Program-made: the position numbers and the translations under genes | Assembly: GCF_009914755.1 (NCBI RefSeq) | Contig: NC_060928.1 | DNA from: the human T2T-CHM13v2.0 reference genome, Homo sapiens | Length of the DNA stretch: 64,000 nt | Reading direction: 5' to 3' (one strand) | Notes under the pieces: generated by a model | The model's database searches: none | Told to the model about the DNA's origin: nothing | Seen by the model: the letters and a program-made list of their open reading frames with translations, nothing else | Part shown: positions 26,120 through 40,340 of the stretch, one piece after another | Position numbering within the stretch: the first letter of the stretch is position 1 | How the letters are laid out: each line of letters starts with the position of its first letter

Positions 26120-26780
26120 TGTAACACTCTTCTCCATTGAACTCTAAACTCATATATTTAACTGCATATTTTACATTTTTATCTTGGCATTCAAAAGACT
26201 TTTGAAGCTTAACAGATTCAAAGAGAACTCTTGATTTTTTCCCCTAACAATGAATTCTCCATTAATTTTTTTCTATATGAGTAATTAGCATCACCATATA
26301 CTATGTTGCTCAGAACAAATATTCGGTACATTCTACCTTCAAATCATGAACTATCCTTGCTGGCTGTGTTTCTAAGTGTAATTCAAATAAGTATATTGTC
26401 TATTTCCTACCTGCCCAAAATATCTACATAATTTACATGAACTATTATAATATTATATAGACTAGACCTAACTAGTCTATTTTGCTTCCTATCGGCTTCC
26501 CTGTAATCCACTCTTTTTAAAGCAGCCAGGGTGTATTCTAAAAATTAAATCACACAGGAAGTAGTCTGCTTAAAACCTACTAGTGATTTTCCATTGCAAA
26601 TAGGAAAACATAATTGTATTGTGGTCTGATAGATCCTAAACAATTTAGAATCAGTCCACCTGTATCATTTTATTTTCCTTTACTCTCTTGAATTCTTTGT
26701 ACTGTGCATACTCATAGTAGCTTTCCTCTGTGATTAGAAAATGCCAAGTTTTTCCTCCACTTCAAGACTCTAGATTTGAA
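26120..26780 (+). mobile_element. L2 fragment
   Basis: TGAACTCTAAACTCATATATTTAACTGC...AGAACTCTTGAT...GCAGCCAGGGTG, L2 3' region motifs. Confidence 0.65.
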
Positions 26781-27417
26781 CCATAATACAGAATCCATGC
26801 TCTGTGTATGAAACTAATCTTTTGAAAGAGCAAGTCTTGGAAAATACGTGCTCAAAAACTTCCTTACATCAGATAGTCAGTTGTATGGTTCTATAATAGT
26901 TGAATTATCTGTCAAAGAGAATAATTAAGTTCAGTATATCATGAATATAAAATTCTGTTAAAAAAGGCAGATATTAATACACATTTTAGAAACTACTACA
27001 CACCAGACACTTTGTTAGGTGATTTGCTTCACCTCAATTAAAATACAAAATTCTCTCATGTTAGATCTGTGTGAACTACATATTTGGATTACACTGTGAA
27101 TACTTTTAGTTTTGGGCTTTGGGAGAGGCTTTGTAAAATCTGAGCATCTAAACTATGAATACATAGACCTATAGTCCCATAGAAGCTATATTCCTGTTAG
27201 TAAGTAAGGCCTGATACTCCCTAAGGAAACTAGCCTACCAATAGCTATAGTTCTACAATAGAACAGGGGATCTTAACTATTTGGGGTTGCACACCTTGTT
27301 GCATATCCAGTGGGATTAAGGGAGTTAATTTTCCACAGTGCACCTAATTGATATTTTCCCCGCATCATTTCAGAATATTGTGGACTGCCTAAATTTTGTC
27401 CCATGGGTCATAGGATA

Positions 27418-27448
27418 AAAACAAACAAACAAACAAACAAAACAAAAA
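27418..27448. repeat. (AAAC)n repeat
   Basis: Direct reading. Confidence 0.9.
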
Positions 27449-30400
27449 CGTGAAAACCCTGCTACAGAGATTGACACTTTGTTGGATCACTTCTTTAAGA
27501 TCGTTAATTGCCCTCAGCTTTACATTAATAAACATTTACAGGTTGTAGCATTAAGATTTTTATTTTTTAAGGACCACGCCATTGGAAAGTCATTGCTGAA
27601 GTCATACTGCAAATGTTTGTCTCTAAGAATATTTTCTAAAATTATACTTGTGAAAAGGTTTTTTGCTTAATTCTTAGGTAAGACATAGTCCAGTTACCAC
27701 TATTTAATCTCCTGACAATGTTTTCTCCTCCATGAGAAACACTTTTTGATAAAAAATGCTTCCATGGAACAAATAGTTAACAAAAGTTCACTTGCTTTAT
27801 TTTTCTTTACTCTGAAAACTTCTTTTAAGAATGAATCCTTGAGTTTTTTTAACCCTTACTTGACATACAAACAACATCACTAGCACAATATCTATACATA
27901 TCTTAGAATTGTTTTTTAACTAAATGTGATATTCTCAAACACATTTCTTAATTCTTTCGATTGAATGATTGGGTTTTAAATATAATTTCTAATAAATTCT
28001 CTGTATTAATATATATCCAAGAAAACACACACTTCCTTCCCCATGTCTCACAAAAACTTTGATCATTTCACATTAGTTTCTAACATGTTCCAGCTCTGTT
28101 GCCCTTTCTCCATTCTTAGAACTAAATATCTACTCTGAGCAGATGGCATAATATATTATTGCTAGACACCCACCAAAGCCTCCCTGCTTTTGTTTTGATG
28201 TGACCTTCATTATATTTATATCTGTCTGTTGTATAAAATGAAAGGTGATTTATTATATTTGCCTCCTAGAATCTTTACCTCAACTATGCCCTCTGCCCAC
28301 AATTCCATTCTCCACAGTGTTTCTCTCTAATGCTCTCTATATACTCTTTATATCTGTGTATCAAACTGGTTTAGAAAGAACACAACCCCCACTTACATTT
28401 AACTTTAATTTTCATGTAATTATTAAATCTCAATCAATCTTATACACCAGGATATTTTGTTTGGATATATGCTCAAATAAATATAACCTGACCTAGTCCT
28501 CAATGCCAAGAAAATCTCAGTTCTTAATTGTCTGCCTACCCAGTACCACAGACATTTTTATTCTATCCTAGAATCATTTTCTGTAATAAACTGGGGAAAA
28601 GCTTGACCTTTATAGTCATTGCTAATCAAGGGGAAAATAATCTATGTAGTTTCCTGTGCAAATTACAATAATGCTGCAACTAATTTTTATATTGCTCAAT
28701 GCTGTATCTCCCTCCCTCTCTCTCTCAATTTTTTTTTAAATTTCCAAATGTTTGGAATCTTTGCTCTCTTGTTAAGAGAGAGCTTTTCTGTTAAATGAGA
28801 ACCTCCTTATTATCAAGCTGATTACATAAGTAATAAGACTTATCAGTACAGAAAGGTTTTTTATGAATTTTGATGAGTGTAGGTCTGTGACATACAAATT
28901 ATAATTTGAATTTATTTAAATATGAAATTCTTCTTTTTAAATCTAATGTATGTTGCTACTATCTGTTATGCACACATATGATGTAGGTGAAATATTGTGC
29001 TTTCCATATCACAATTATTCATGTGCAAAACATTTTTATTGTCTTCAAACATATTAAAAGCTAGAAAAACTTATGTCTATGCTTATTTTGACTTACTTTA
29101 AAAGTAGACATATATTTCTCATAGCTCAAAAGAATATGAAAGAAAATATTCCTGGCTCTCTTAACATTTAATTTTAATATTTACCAACCCTATTACTGTC
29201 CTAAAGAATAAAATAAATCTGATTGCTATCAACTTTTCAGCTCTAAAACTGAAGTGTAACTTCTTAAGATTTGTAATTGAAATGTTTGTGATTGTTAATG
29301 AGATCATCTATATAGCTTAGGAAGCAAATGAAACAAAAATACTTAAATAACATGTATTTCTGAAATTGATATAAATTATGTGAGAATTTAAAAAATTAAT
29401 TTTATTACTAAAACTGGTGTACATTAAGTAGGGAATCTCCATGTTTTAAACATAAATATTTTTCAGTCACTACTTATTTAGAATAGAGTGTATGATTTTA
29501 TTTTTTATATTTTGTTAAGATTTTATGGATTCTAAGGGAAAATATTTCTATAAAACCACTTTGATCATTGATATGGAATTATTATACTGCTCACGGATTA
29601 TTTAGAATGTGGTATGCTAAATTTATGATTAAATATTTTTAATTATACAGATTTAAAATAAATAATAACCAACCTGAATTTTATGGGATATATGCATCAA
29701 ATATTGCACTTATGTGTGCACATATTTCTTTGTGACTGTGTACATTGGATTAGAAAATGTTGAACTTTTAATATTCATGTTTTATTAACTCATCTATATT
29801 AGTATAAACATTTACATTTTATAGATAAAAAATAAATAATGACTATCAATTAGATGGTTCCCTACACCTCAGAAAATCTTTACAGTTGAAAGCTCAGTTT
29901 CATAATTACTTTAAAATTTATATTTTATGACTTAATCATAAATACCACAGTCAATAAAGAAGTATATAATAAGTTTTTGCATTCCTTTCAACTATGATTA
30001 CTGTGCTTGTTAAATATATTTGTCTATAACATCCTATTACATTATGATTAGCTTCTAGCTAAGAAAAATAAATCCTTGTCAAAATTTAAATTGGTAAAAT
30101 AATTTAGCAGAAGCTTCAAAGATTAATGTTGAATAAAACCCGAGGTTTAAATATCACTGACATTTGTTATATTTAATTTCATAGGATAATATGAACATAT
30201 TTGAAAAGAATATTCCACAATTTATCTTTTAGCATGAAAAATGCCATTATTTCTGGGCTAAACTTTACAAAATTATGACACTCAAACACTAATTTGTTTT
30301 AAAATTAATTAAATAATAAATCCAATCCTGGTTTTCTATAAAAATAAAATCAGAATGATACAAATAGTACACCTACAAAATAAAAATTTTATTTATGACA

Positions 30401-31699
30401 CATACATTAATCTATTCTGATAATTAGGAAATGCTTTTTGTCACCATAAAATGGGAATATTATATCCAACTTATAGGAAAAGCTTAATGCAAAGGCTTTT
30501 AGATTAAAAAAGTATCCTGGTCATACATATAGGTAAGCTTCTCCTGATATATGAAGGAAAGAAGCCTGCTGGAAACAATCCAGATTTTATCAGCAAAAAC
30601 AAGTATACTGGTGTCCATTGGCTTTGGATTCAAAAAAACAGTAATAATAAAGATGACTTTATCACCAAGAATTAGTACTTTTCATCCAACTAATGATATT
30701 ACATCTATAAGCCTTGCTCTCAAATTCAAAATGTATGCCTTTAGGAATCTTATATTTTATATTTCATGCAGAAATATAAGTCCTATAATAATATGTCTAA
30801 TGTGTTCTACATATCTAACCCAGATAATTTGTCTTCAGCATTTTTAGATATTTGAGGGTAAATGTGACAATTTTAGAAAAACTTTTGTCATTGAACACAG
30901 GTAATGCAAATCACAGAAAATAAAGCATTATTTTTATTTACATACACTTATCAATTTTTTTGTATCTGTTTTATAGTTCTGAATTTATAAGTACATAATG
31001 ACCTCATGATGAGATGTTTGGGAAATATCAGGGCTACTATATTCAAATACAAAAAGTTGAGATCAATTGTTGGAATTGAGATGCAGGGTCATAAAGCTTA
31101 GAGCAAGGGAAATTAAATAATATGATTCTGTGAGAGATGGATCAAGAAGAATGCCTGACCATGATGGATAGAAGAAAGAATACCAGCTTCCTTATAAGAC
31201 CCTAAGGTTTCCAATTTATTTCATCAACGTTCTCAGCTAAGATTTTGTAATTAAAGGAAGACCAACTTCATTTAGGAATAGTTTGTTTTGCAATATGTTC
31301 AAGTTTCATATATTTCAGCTGAATAGTGAAAGTTGAATACTATTTACTTTGAAAAGTTAGTGAGTTCTAAATTGGCAAATTCTAACAACTAAGAAACTAT
31401 CATTAAATGAGCTATTTTTCCATCACTAATAGTCATGGACATAACAAAAACCCTTGTTTTAAAAAATGAGCATCCCAGTTATATTCATCAATGTATCAGA
31501 AATATAAACAAAATATTTTAAAATTGAATAAAATACGACTTTAAAAATATGACACATCCATAACCAGTAGAATTCATTATTTTTACCAAGTCTTTTTTAT
31601 TCCTAATAAACCTTCAAATGTGTAAAGAAATATCTTAAATGTCTCTATAAAAGTTTCATTCTCTAATTTAAACATTTTTAATTATTTCAAAGTTACTGT

Positions 31700-32690
31700 A
31701 TACCTTTTACAGTTATATCCACTATGTTTTTAGGTTTCCTAGTTTGCTCAGCTCTTACAGAATATTTCAGATACGATTTTTTTCTGTTCTATATTTCTTA
31801 CTTTTTATAGCTTCTATTTATCTTTTGGTGAAATCTCAATACATAAGTTTCTTTTCATAACAGTTGTTTTAATGTCCTCATCTGATACAATATCTGACTT
31901 ATCTCTGAGTTAGTTTCTATTTACTGCTTTATATCCAGGCTATGGATCTATGTCCATGCTTCCTCATATGTCTAATAGTTGTGCTATTTTAGGCTGGATA
32001 TTTTTCAGAGTCTTAATTATGCTTTTTCTTTTAAAAAAACAGTGTAGTATTTTGTTCTGGCACAAATTCCTATTCTGGCATCTCAGCTTTATTCTACGAA
32101 GGCATTAGTGTAAACTTTACTTGGTCTTAATGAGAGTAACCCATAATTTTAGCCTAGAGTGGCCCTATTTCTAAGACATGGCCTTACAGAGATTCATGTA
32201 AATGCCCAGAGTGTTCAGCAAGATTTTCTCTACTTTACTGACTTTAACACACTGCCACCTTTGGAAAAAAAAACCCTAGAGTCTAGCCCTGTGGATGTAT
32301 GGTTTAGTATTTGCCTAATGACTCAAGGAGACCACTAGGTACATTTGTAGGTCACCTTCTCTGATCAATTCTCTCACTTCTGGCACTCTGGCCTGCAAAT
32401 TTCAAACACTTCATTAGACTCAACCTTCAATTTCTGCTTCTTCTGCCCAGCTAGACCCTCATTCTCAGTTTCAGCGGCATTTACCTTTGCTCGTAAAGGT
32501 CTGGAAATTGTTGCAAATATCATGTGGATGTGGCGTTTACCTGCATTTCTTTTGTCTCAAGAACCATAGACCTGCACTGAAAGATTTTCAATTCCTAAAA
32601 TTATTTGTTTCATATATTGCTCAGGTTTATAATCATTGTCAGTGAGAGAGTAAGTTGGTACCCTGTGAGTATGTGGTCAGAAAGAAATTT
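31700..32690 (-). mobile_element. Old L1ME-like 5'-region fragment
   Basis: T-rich antisense ORF1-like sequence followed by GACTCAAGGAGACC, CTCTGGCCTGCAAATTTC and TTGTTTCATATATT, typical of L1ME 5' ends. Confidence 0.6.
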
Positions 32691-32744
32691 TTTTTTTTGA
32701 GAATGGAAATTAAAATGATTAATTATTAAATAATAGACACTTTT

Positions 32745-32930
32745 GGTATATTATTTCATTTAAGATTCACACAGAAATTTTGAGATAAGAATATGCTCAT
32801 TTTACATGAGTGGAATCTGAAGTCCAGAAAGGTTAAGTAAAATTCAAGAATAATTGTTTAGAAATGGTAGAGTCAGAATTAGAATACAGGTATGCCCAGT
32901 CCTAAAAGGCCCATGTGCTTGTTAACACTG
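32745..32930 (-). mobile_element. MIR
   Basis: CTCATTTTACATGAGTGGAATCTGAAGTCCAGAAAGGTTAAGTAA. Confidence 0.75.
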
Positions 32931-33714
32931 CTTCTCACTACCTCTTTGTCATGCTTTCCTTTCCAAACATGGCCACTGTATCATACAATGAGCTGTCTTT
33001 AATTTTCAACAATATTTTTAACATCTTAGCTTCTCTGACTCTACTCAATTATTTCCGTCATAATCACAAATGAGCAATAGTACAGATATCAACAATAGCA
33101 ATAATAACTCAGTAAAAAAGCAAACATTTACCAAGTGTTGACTATGTTCTGGGCACCATTCAAATCCAGTAATATAATTTTTAAAATAACTTTATATTTT
33201 TACTATATTTTAAAAGTAAAAGAATTGAGGCATTGAAAGTAAAATGATTGCTCTAATATTTCATAATAAGTTCAAAAAGGATTTTAGCATCAGTTTTACT
33301 TTGAGATTCTAATTAAATCTAATTATGAGCATAAATTGAGAATGACAAAAGGAATAGAATACAAGATAAATAAAAATTATCAAAGTAATTCCAAATTATA
33401 AAGAATAGTACAAAGAAAGGTAGTGATATACTTATTTTTGTATACTGCTGATAAATATGTCTAATTATATAATGAGAATTAACATAATGATTTAGATGAT
33501 AAAACAATTCTTTCTATTTATATATGTGGAAACTGATTTCTCAAATAATTCAGTAAGTCACTTAATGGAAAACATCAGTTTTAACAAGAATGTGTGCTAA
33601 AATTAAATTAAATTTAATATCAACTCTCAGTTGTGTCTTTCTACTCTACCATGCTCCATTTTAATATACAGATATTTATAGATATTTTCTTTGTGATTTT
33701 TTCCCCTTTTTCTT

Positions 33715-33915
33715 CAGGCACTTACTATGTACTGACTAACATAATAAATAGTTAACATTCTCATTTTATCCCCGCAGAAACCCTACAGCAGATATTTTTA
33801 TGGCCATTTATCCAGTTAGAGAAACAGAATCACAGTGAAGCTTAGTAACGTGTCCAAGGCCAGTAGAATTAAGACCCCAGGGCCCTTGGTTTTAATGATG
33901 ATGCCATACTGTCTC
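33715..33915 (-). mobile_element. MIR
   Basis: GCACTTACTATGT...AGAGAAACAGAATCACAGTGAAGCTTAGTAACGTGTCCAAGG. Confidence 0.65.
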
Positions 33916-34049
33916 TTCTTGAATAAAATGATTTTTTTGACAGAAGAGTTTTAATTTAATTTATTAGCATCAATTATTTTTAATTGGCTCTTAGGTAAAT
34001 ATCAAAAATTTATTATTTTACGAGTGACCTGGCTTTCATCTCCCTTTGC

Positions 34050-34208
34050 AACTCTCTCTCTATTCATCCTTGTATTCCCCATTTCTCTTCTTCTTCTTTC
34101 TTTCATTTTTCTCTTCTCCTTCTACTGTTCTTCCTCCTCCCTCTCCTTTTTATTTCTTCTTTTTGTTTTCTTCTTTCTTATCCTTCACTTTCTACTTTCT
34201 CTTCTTCT
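34050..34208. repeat. CT-rich low-complexity tract
   Basis: About 160 bp of almost pure pyrimidines on the + strand. Confidence 0.85.
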
Positions 34209-37200
34209 GAAAACTGAAATTTGGTCCGTGTCTTTACTGGAATCAGTAATCTGAGAAGTTTCTGCATAATGCATTTTCTATTCATAATTTACATATAAAA
34301 ATATTAAGAGTTTTTAAAGCACATTATGGAATGCAGCTGTATCATTTATTGGAAACAGAAAAAATAACATTTTGACTCTTATCTCAAAAATAGAGCAACA
34401 TGACAACATAGTTTTTCTTGTAAATAAAACCATTTTTTCTCCTCGGGTACATACAAGAGAAGTTTCCTTTATTGGCTTTCAATATGGAATGGAGAAATTT
34501 CCAAATTATGTATAATTTCAATATGTTTGGTAGAAAATGTAAAACTAATTTTCCAGGAAAAATTATGCTGACTTCAATTTGATTTAGATACATTAATTGA
34601 ATAGCTACTACATACAAAATAACTGTCATAGATGGAATAAATGATATAAGGTTCTTTGCTCTTAAATGTTGTAAAGCATTTGAAATAAATTTAACTTAAA
34701 GCAGTCTTTATTTTCTTATTAACAGAATGTCTGGGTTTAAACTGAGTATTCATGTCTTCCTTCTCAGCATTTTGCTAAATTTAGATTCTTTTTTCTCAAA
34801 ATGGCACTGCAATTCATTAATTCCCAATATTGGTTAATAAACATTCCTTATATATTAGATTCATAATAAAAATTAGTTTAGGGAGGATGAGGAAGAAAAC
34901 AGATATTCTTTCAAAATTGAATAACAAATGCAGATTCTTTGGCTTTAGGTTATTTCTATGCATAATCATATATTTTATATAATGCATATCTATCCATATA
35001 TCTATAAAATTTAGCCTCTTAAATATGTAATGTGTAAATCTTTGACACTGATACATATTTATAAAAGCACTTTTAGTGCTTAATGAGATTTTCATGTTGG
35101 TTTATATTTCAACATGCTGATATTGAAATGCAGGTTTTTAAATATTTTTAAACAGTCAATGCATAGAAAGGTATGAGGAAGACAATAGCCATCATGTATG
35201 ACAATATAGTTTATCAAAGAAAGTTGATGTGTAAACTTGTCATGTCAGGTATTAGAGCAGCATCGCACACTGTGCCAGGCAAAGAAATTGGTTTGAAAGG
35301 AAAAATAAAAATGTTAGAAATTTGCTTGAATTTTTGGCACCTGCTTGTGTCCTGGTGGGCTCCAAATGGAGTCCCTTATTGTTTTTCTTTAATCCATCTT
35401 GGAGCTGACAGAGGTGCAAGTTGCAAGTCACAGCTTGCATGCCGTGCCTTAGGATGACAAAGCTCAATAGAAACAATTATTCCAAAGCCCATATCTCATT
35501 CATTATTAAACCTATGAAAAGAGTTTTAATTTCCTGTGCAATTACGTAGTGAAATGTCATCCTCTGGATGAAAAAGGATTAATTGCTTTTGATAAAATAC
35601 TGTGTATTTTTATTTGACTTTTCGGACATCCATTCAATGCAGTAATATCATTTCAATCTGATGTGCTTCATATCATAGAGAATTATTGTAATTTTGCATG
35701 GGTAATGTTGTTTAATTATTTTCTTTTCTCATAAAGAAGGAAGAATAAAATATTAATATTTCTTGGCTCAAGAGCACAAGCAGCCACACTTTATTTTTCA
35801 AATCAAGTTGGAAACTCTTTTACAAATGAGCAGTAGCAAAATATAATTAATGTATTTTGTGAGAGATTCATAAGACTACCTCAAATAAAATTTATATGTC
35901 ATGTGTAGGCACAAATTACAATTTCTATCATTTGTATTTGTTTTCCACTTACCAATGATTATTAAGTAATCCATAAAACAATGATTAGTCACTTTCTTCC
36001 TGTCACACATGTGAGTTCAATGTATTCTCCTATAAATACTAAAATATGGCAAAGGAATCTACAAGAAAATAAACTTTCCAAATACTATGAGACTTACTCT
36101 TTATGGTGACAGACCAGGACGTCCCTATTAGAGTGAGACTAGCATTTGAGAAATAAGGGACTGGAAAGCCACCTTGACATTTTCACCAATTGCATCCAGC
36201 CCCGTAAATGCTTTGGTGCTATGAATTTAATTATTCTTTTGTATTTCTGAAAATAGTTGGAATAGACATTCAATAGAAAATGAATAGTTTAGCAATTTCA
36301 CCTTCCTACAAAGAAAATATAATTTTATATTTGATAGTATTCATTCTACAAATAGCTATTATAGTCACATATTAAATAGCAAAGAATAAAATGTGGAATA
36401 ATATGTGCAGTGTTTTCTGAAAAATTATAATACAAGAAGAAAACAGCATTCTTTATTTATAGCAGTTTAATGTGATTGCCAGTTTGGGCCCTGGCAAATG
36501 TATTTTAGGTCAGGAATGAGTTTGATTGGCACATATGCTTTGGAAAGCTTATATAGTTCCTCATCCATCAAAAACTAATATGGGAAATTGTAAGTCTTAA
36601 AATCAGTACATTTATTTTTTTTTTCCAGAATTTACAAATCAAGTAGTCATTTTATATCCAATGTGTTTTTCTCTTTTGCTGATTTGTAAAGAAGAAAGCT
36701 GGAAATGAGATAAACAGTAGAAGATTGCCTTTTCAGAGGTGAAAAGGAAGAGTGTTGCAGAGAAAGCATATTAAGAACCAGAAATAAAATTTCCATATTC
36801 ACTTGTAATTTTAAAATACCTATTTAAGTAAAATGAAAAAAAAAATTGTACTTCGCACATATCAGTCATTATTTGTCAATAATAAAGTACTGGTCATTTT
36901 CCTGTTGCTATAATTTAAGGTAATGTTGATAAGCCTCTATCTATCCTGAAAATGTGAATTTAAAAATTGGTTATTCAATTTGGTGTTTATGTAAATGTAA
37001 TCTTTTAATTCACAGTGTAAATGGAAAAATGTAAACTTGTACAACTTTTAAATATTTCATTAATATTTCCATATTATATATAGATTTTAATAAATATGCA
37101 TACATAAATTGATGGACTGCTGTACAGATATCTGAGGTCATTTTAATATAAAATTGAAAAGCTTTTGATCTTAAAGTATACATATTTTAAGGATGACACT

Positions 37201-37664
37201 TGATCTGAGTACAAAAAGTAAAACATGTATTGAAACTCCCTGTGCATTTCTAAGACATTCATATAACAGACATGTGGCTTTGATTATTAAATTTTACTTA
37301 AAACCTTCCCATTAATCTATAGTTTCTTAATTTAAAAAGTGACTAAATCAATACAATAAACATATGAAGGGTTATCACACAATTGCTACTTAATTTTATA
37401 TTTCATGACCAGCATTTTGCTTGACCCAGAGTAGATCTCTCTATAAACAGTAATAAATGAAAGCCTGAAAGAGAGCACAGAGATAATACCTGAAAAGATT
37501 TAAATGCTATAATGCAAACTATTTTTTCTGTACCCTAAAAACATTGTGCATGAAAATTCAGATTTTCCATTATAATTCAGCATTCTTGAAGTTTGAACAA
37601 TCATTGAATCAATTCTGACTTCTTAAATGTTAAACATTCTTTTAAGCATATGATTAAAATTGCT

Positions 37665-38870
37665 TTTTTCAAGGACGATGAAAACTTCCATCTTGCCAAA
37701 TCTGGTTTTTAATCTTCTTTCCTCAACGTAATCCATATATTGGCTTGATTCTCAATATTCATGACTTTTCCAACTATAATTTTTTGGTAAGCCAGTGATT
37801 TAAATATGATTTTTATACTGATGGCTTCAAATTTTGCATCATAGTCTTTTCATTTCTTCTGAGATCCTGCTTCTGTGTCCAGCTCTCTACTCAGCATCAC
37901 CACTTGAGTATATACATCTCAAAGTCAATATGTCAAAAGGAACTCACAATCACAACTGTACCAAATTTTCTTCTGCCTTGGTATTCCTCATCCCAGTAAA
38001 TCTCAGCCTCGTAACTGTATCATTACTGCTGCATATTGAAGACATACTTGATTTCTCCAACACACTATATCCAATCCATCAGCAATTTTCATGTTTCTAG
38101 TTTCAAAGCATATACCAATATGAACTCATCCCATTAGCTTAATTATTCTAACATCTACTCAACTCACCACCATCTCTTGCCTGTATTTTGATTGTAAACT
38201 TTTATTTGGTCTCTCTACATCCATGCTTTCCAGTTTATATTCATCTCTTCATTCACACAGTAGTCAAAACAATATTTAAAAAGAAAAATTGGAATACAAT
38301 ACCCTCTTGCCATAGTACATTCCAACTGCTGCTCCTTATATTTATAACAAAATCTAGACCCTCCTCTAAAGGTCTGCAAGATATCACACGATCAAGTGCT
38401 GTCATCTTTCCACTTTCCTGTCTACCACTGTTCCTTTCCTCTACTAACTACATAAAAACAACACTTAATATTTTGGTGTCCTTTACTAATTCCAAATTTG
38501 TTCTTGACTTAGGATCTCTATATTAACTGTTTCCTCTGCTTTTATATTATTTTTTGGAATGTGTACATGGCTCATTCTCAACATTCAGATCATTCCTTCA
38601 TAACATTCAGGTCTTGGCTCAAATGTCACATCCTCAGAAAACACTACTCTAAATATCTTTTCAAAAACAGGTTCTCTCTCCAGTCTCTTTTCTAATATAA
38701 CACTTACCATAATCTAAAATTATCTTTGTTTTTGTTCTGTCTTCTACCAGTTCCAGTAACATGTGACTCTATTAAGTAAAACACTTTGTTCACTACTATA
38801 TTTCAGAGAACATACGTGATATATTATAGTAGCCAAAACACATTCGTTAAATGAGAATGAATGAATAAAC
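37665..38870 (+). mobile_element. L2 3' end (L2a-like)
   Basis: CATCTTGCCAAATC, CATCTCAAAGTCAATATGTC, TTCAGGTCTTGGCTCAAATGTCACATCCTCAG and terminal GAATGAATGAATAAA. Confidence 0.8.
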
Positions 38871-39312
38871 TTTCTACACTTTCTACTCCTGACATTAAAT
38901 AATTCTTTCTCTTTTGAAATGTCCCCAAACTGGCTCACATGTCCCCTTTCAGCTGCCCAAGTACTTTCAAATATACCTGAGAACCAATTAGGAAGTCTCA
39001 TTCACTTCTAAAATGTCTACCTAATAGGAAGTTTTCCAAACAAAAATTGTTTGAGTATTTTTTCTTTTTACTCTCTAGAGTATACTCTCCTTTCAAACTC
39101 TTTTAACTGCTGCTGAAACTTAAGTGATTGCAGATGAATTTCCTTGTTTTACATTTACAAATAAATGGGTTTGTTAATTTTATCTCAGACTTAGTTTTGT
39201 ATTTGACACTACTGAAGAGAGATTTAGGAGAAGCTGTTGGTCTTCTAAACATAACAGCATAGAAATACTTGATATTCATTCCTTATACTAATAACAACAT
39301 TACATTTTTCAG

Positions 39313-39383
39313 CCTGAGAAATGGGCAGGTGTCACAGTGTGAATGAATTGAACTTAATGCACTGATAACTTCAGTCTCCAAAG
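39313..39383 (+). other. Candidate 71-nt non-coding internal exon
   Basis: Branch point TACTAAT (39286-39292), acceptor TACATTTTTCAG|C, donor AAG|GTAAGG; stop codons in all three frames. Confidence 0.35.
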
Positions 39384-39771
39384 GTAAGGAATTCCTGAAA
39401 ATTGTTTTAAAGTATATATGAAATGAACATATAACTTAATCTAGCTATAAGTAACACTGTTCATATGTTGGTTTCACTAAAATTGCCCTCTCAACAAACT
39501 CATTTTTACTAAATCCAGTTCATATATGTTTCTGAAACCTATTAGAGCCTCTGCAACATTTAAAAACATGATGTTGCCTGCTTTCCTAAACAAGTCTTAT
39601 CTTAGATTTGCTAATGTTATAAATGGTCCTGGATTTCTTACCAAATTTCTGGAAGATTCTTGAGACTTTCATGTTTGTGTTGCTTCTCTGTCTCTCCAGG
39701 TCTCTAACATTAGCAAGGTATTCCCAGGCCATAAGGGTCTGTATGTAAAAATAAAATCACAGCAATATAGC

Positions 39772-40340
39772 TGCATTAGTATTCCTGGCTAACAAACTCT
39801 ATTAATCAATTAAGGGACTCCAGTTTAAAGTAGTTTATGCAAAGAGAAAATAAGTAAATTGGCTTATATGAATGAAAAGCCTGATGGTTATATTGGAAAC
39901 AGATTCAGGTGGATCTAGATATTCATACATCATTAGGATATTGCCATTTTGACTATATTTCTATTCATCTTTTAGTTTTGTCTCCCCGGTGTGTTTTATA
40001 TTTTCATTCTCAGTGTGTTACTCTTGATGGAAAAATGGATACTAGTAGTTTCAAGCATACAAGGTCTTATGATTTCTCAGAATTCATATAAATTCTTTAA
40101 AAATGTTTAATATTGCTACTTGGGACAGGTATTCATCCAATCTTTGATCAGTCATTAAGGGAAATGTGTGTTGAGGGATGTCATTGATTGACCAGGCTGA
40201 CTCTGTCATTGTACCCATTTCTAGTTCTTTGGAAAGTAAAAGATAGTTGAGAGAGAGAAAGAGAAAGAGAGCTGGGGGCGGAGGGGGAAAGGGAAACTCG
40301 GCAGGTAGAAAATGAAAAAGAATATAATTCTTGACAGCCA
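39772..40340 (-). mobile_element. Old MLT1 (J/K-like) LTR
   Basis: AATTGGCTTATATGAATGAAAAGCC, TTCATTCTCAG and TGATTGACCAGGCTG resemble old MLT1 antisense. Confidence 0.5.

Noticed and set aside
40274-40294. GC box / G-quadruplex-like GGGGGCGGAGGGGGAAAGGG
   Set aside because: Only three runs of 3+ G, a single GC box with no CpG island, and within a probable old LTR.
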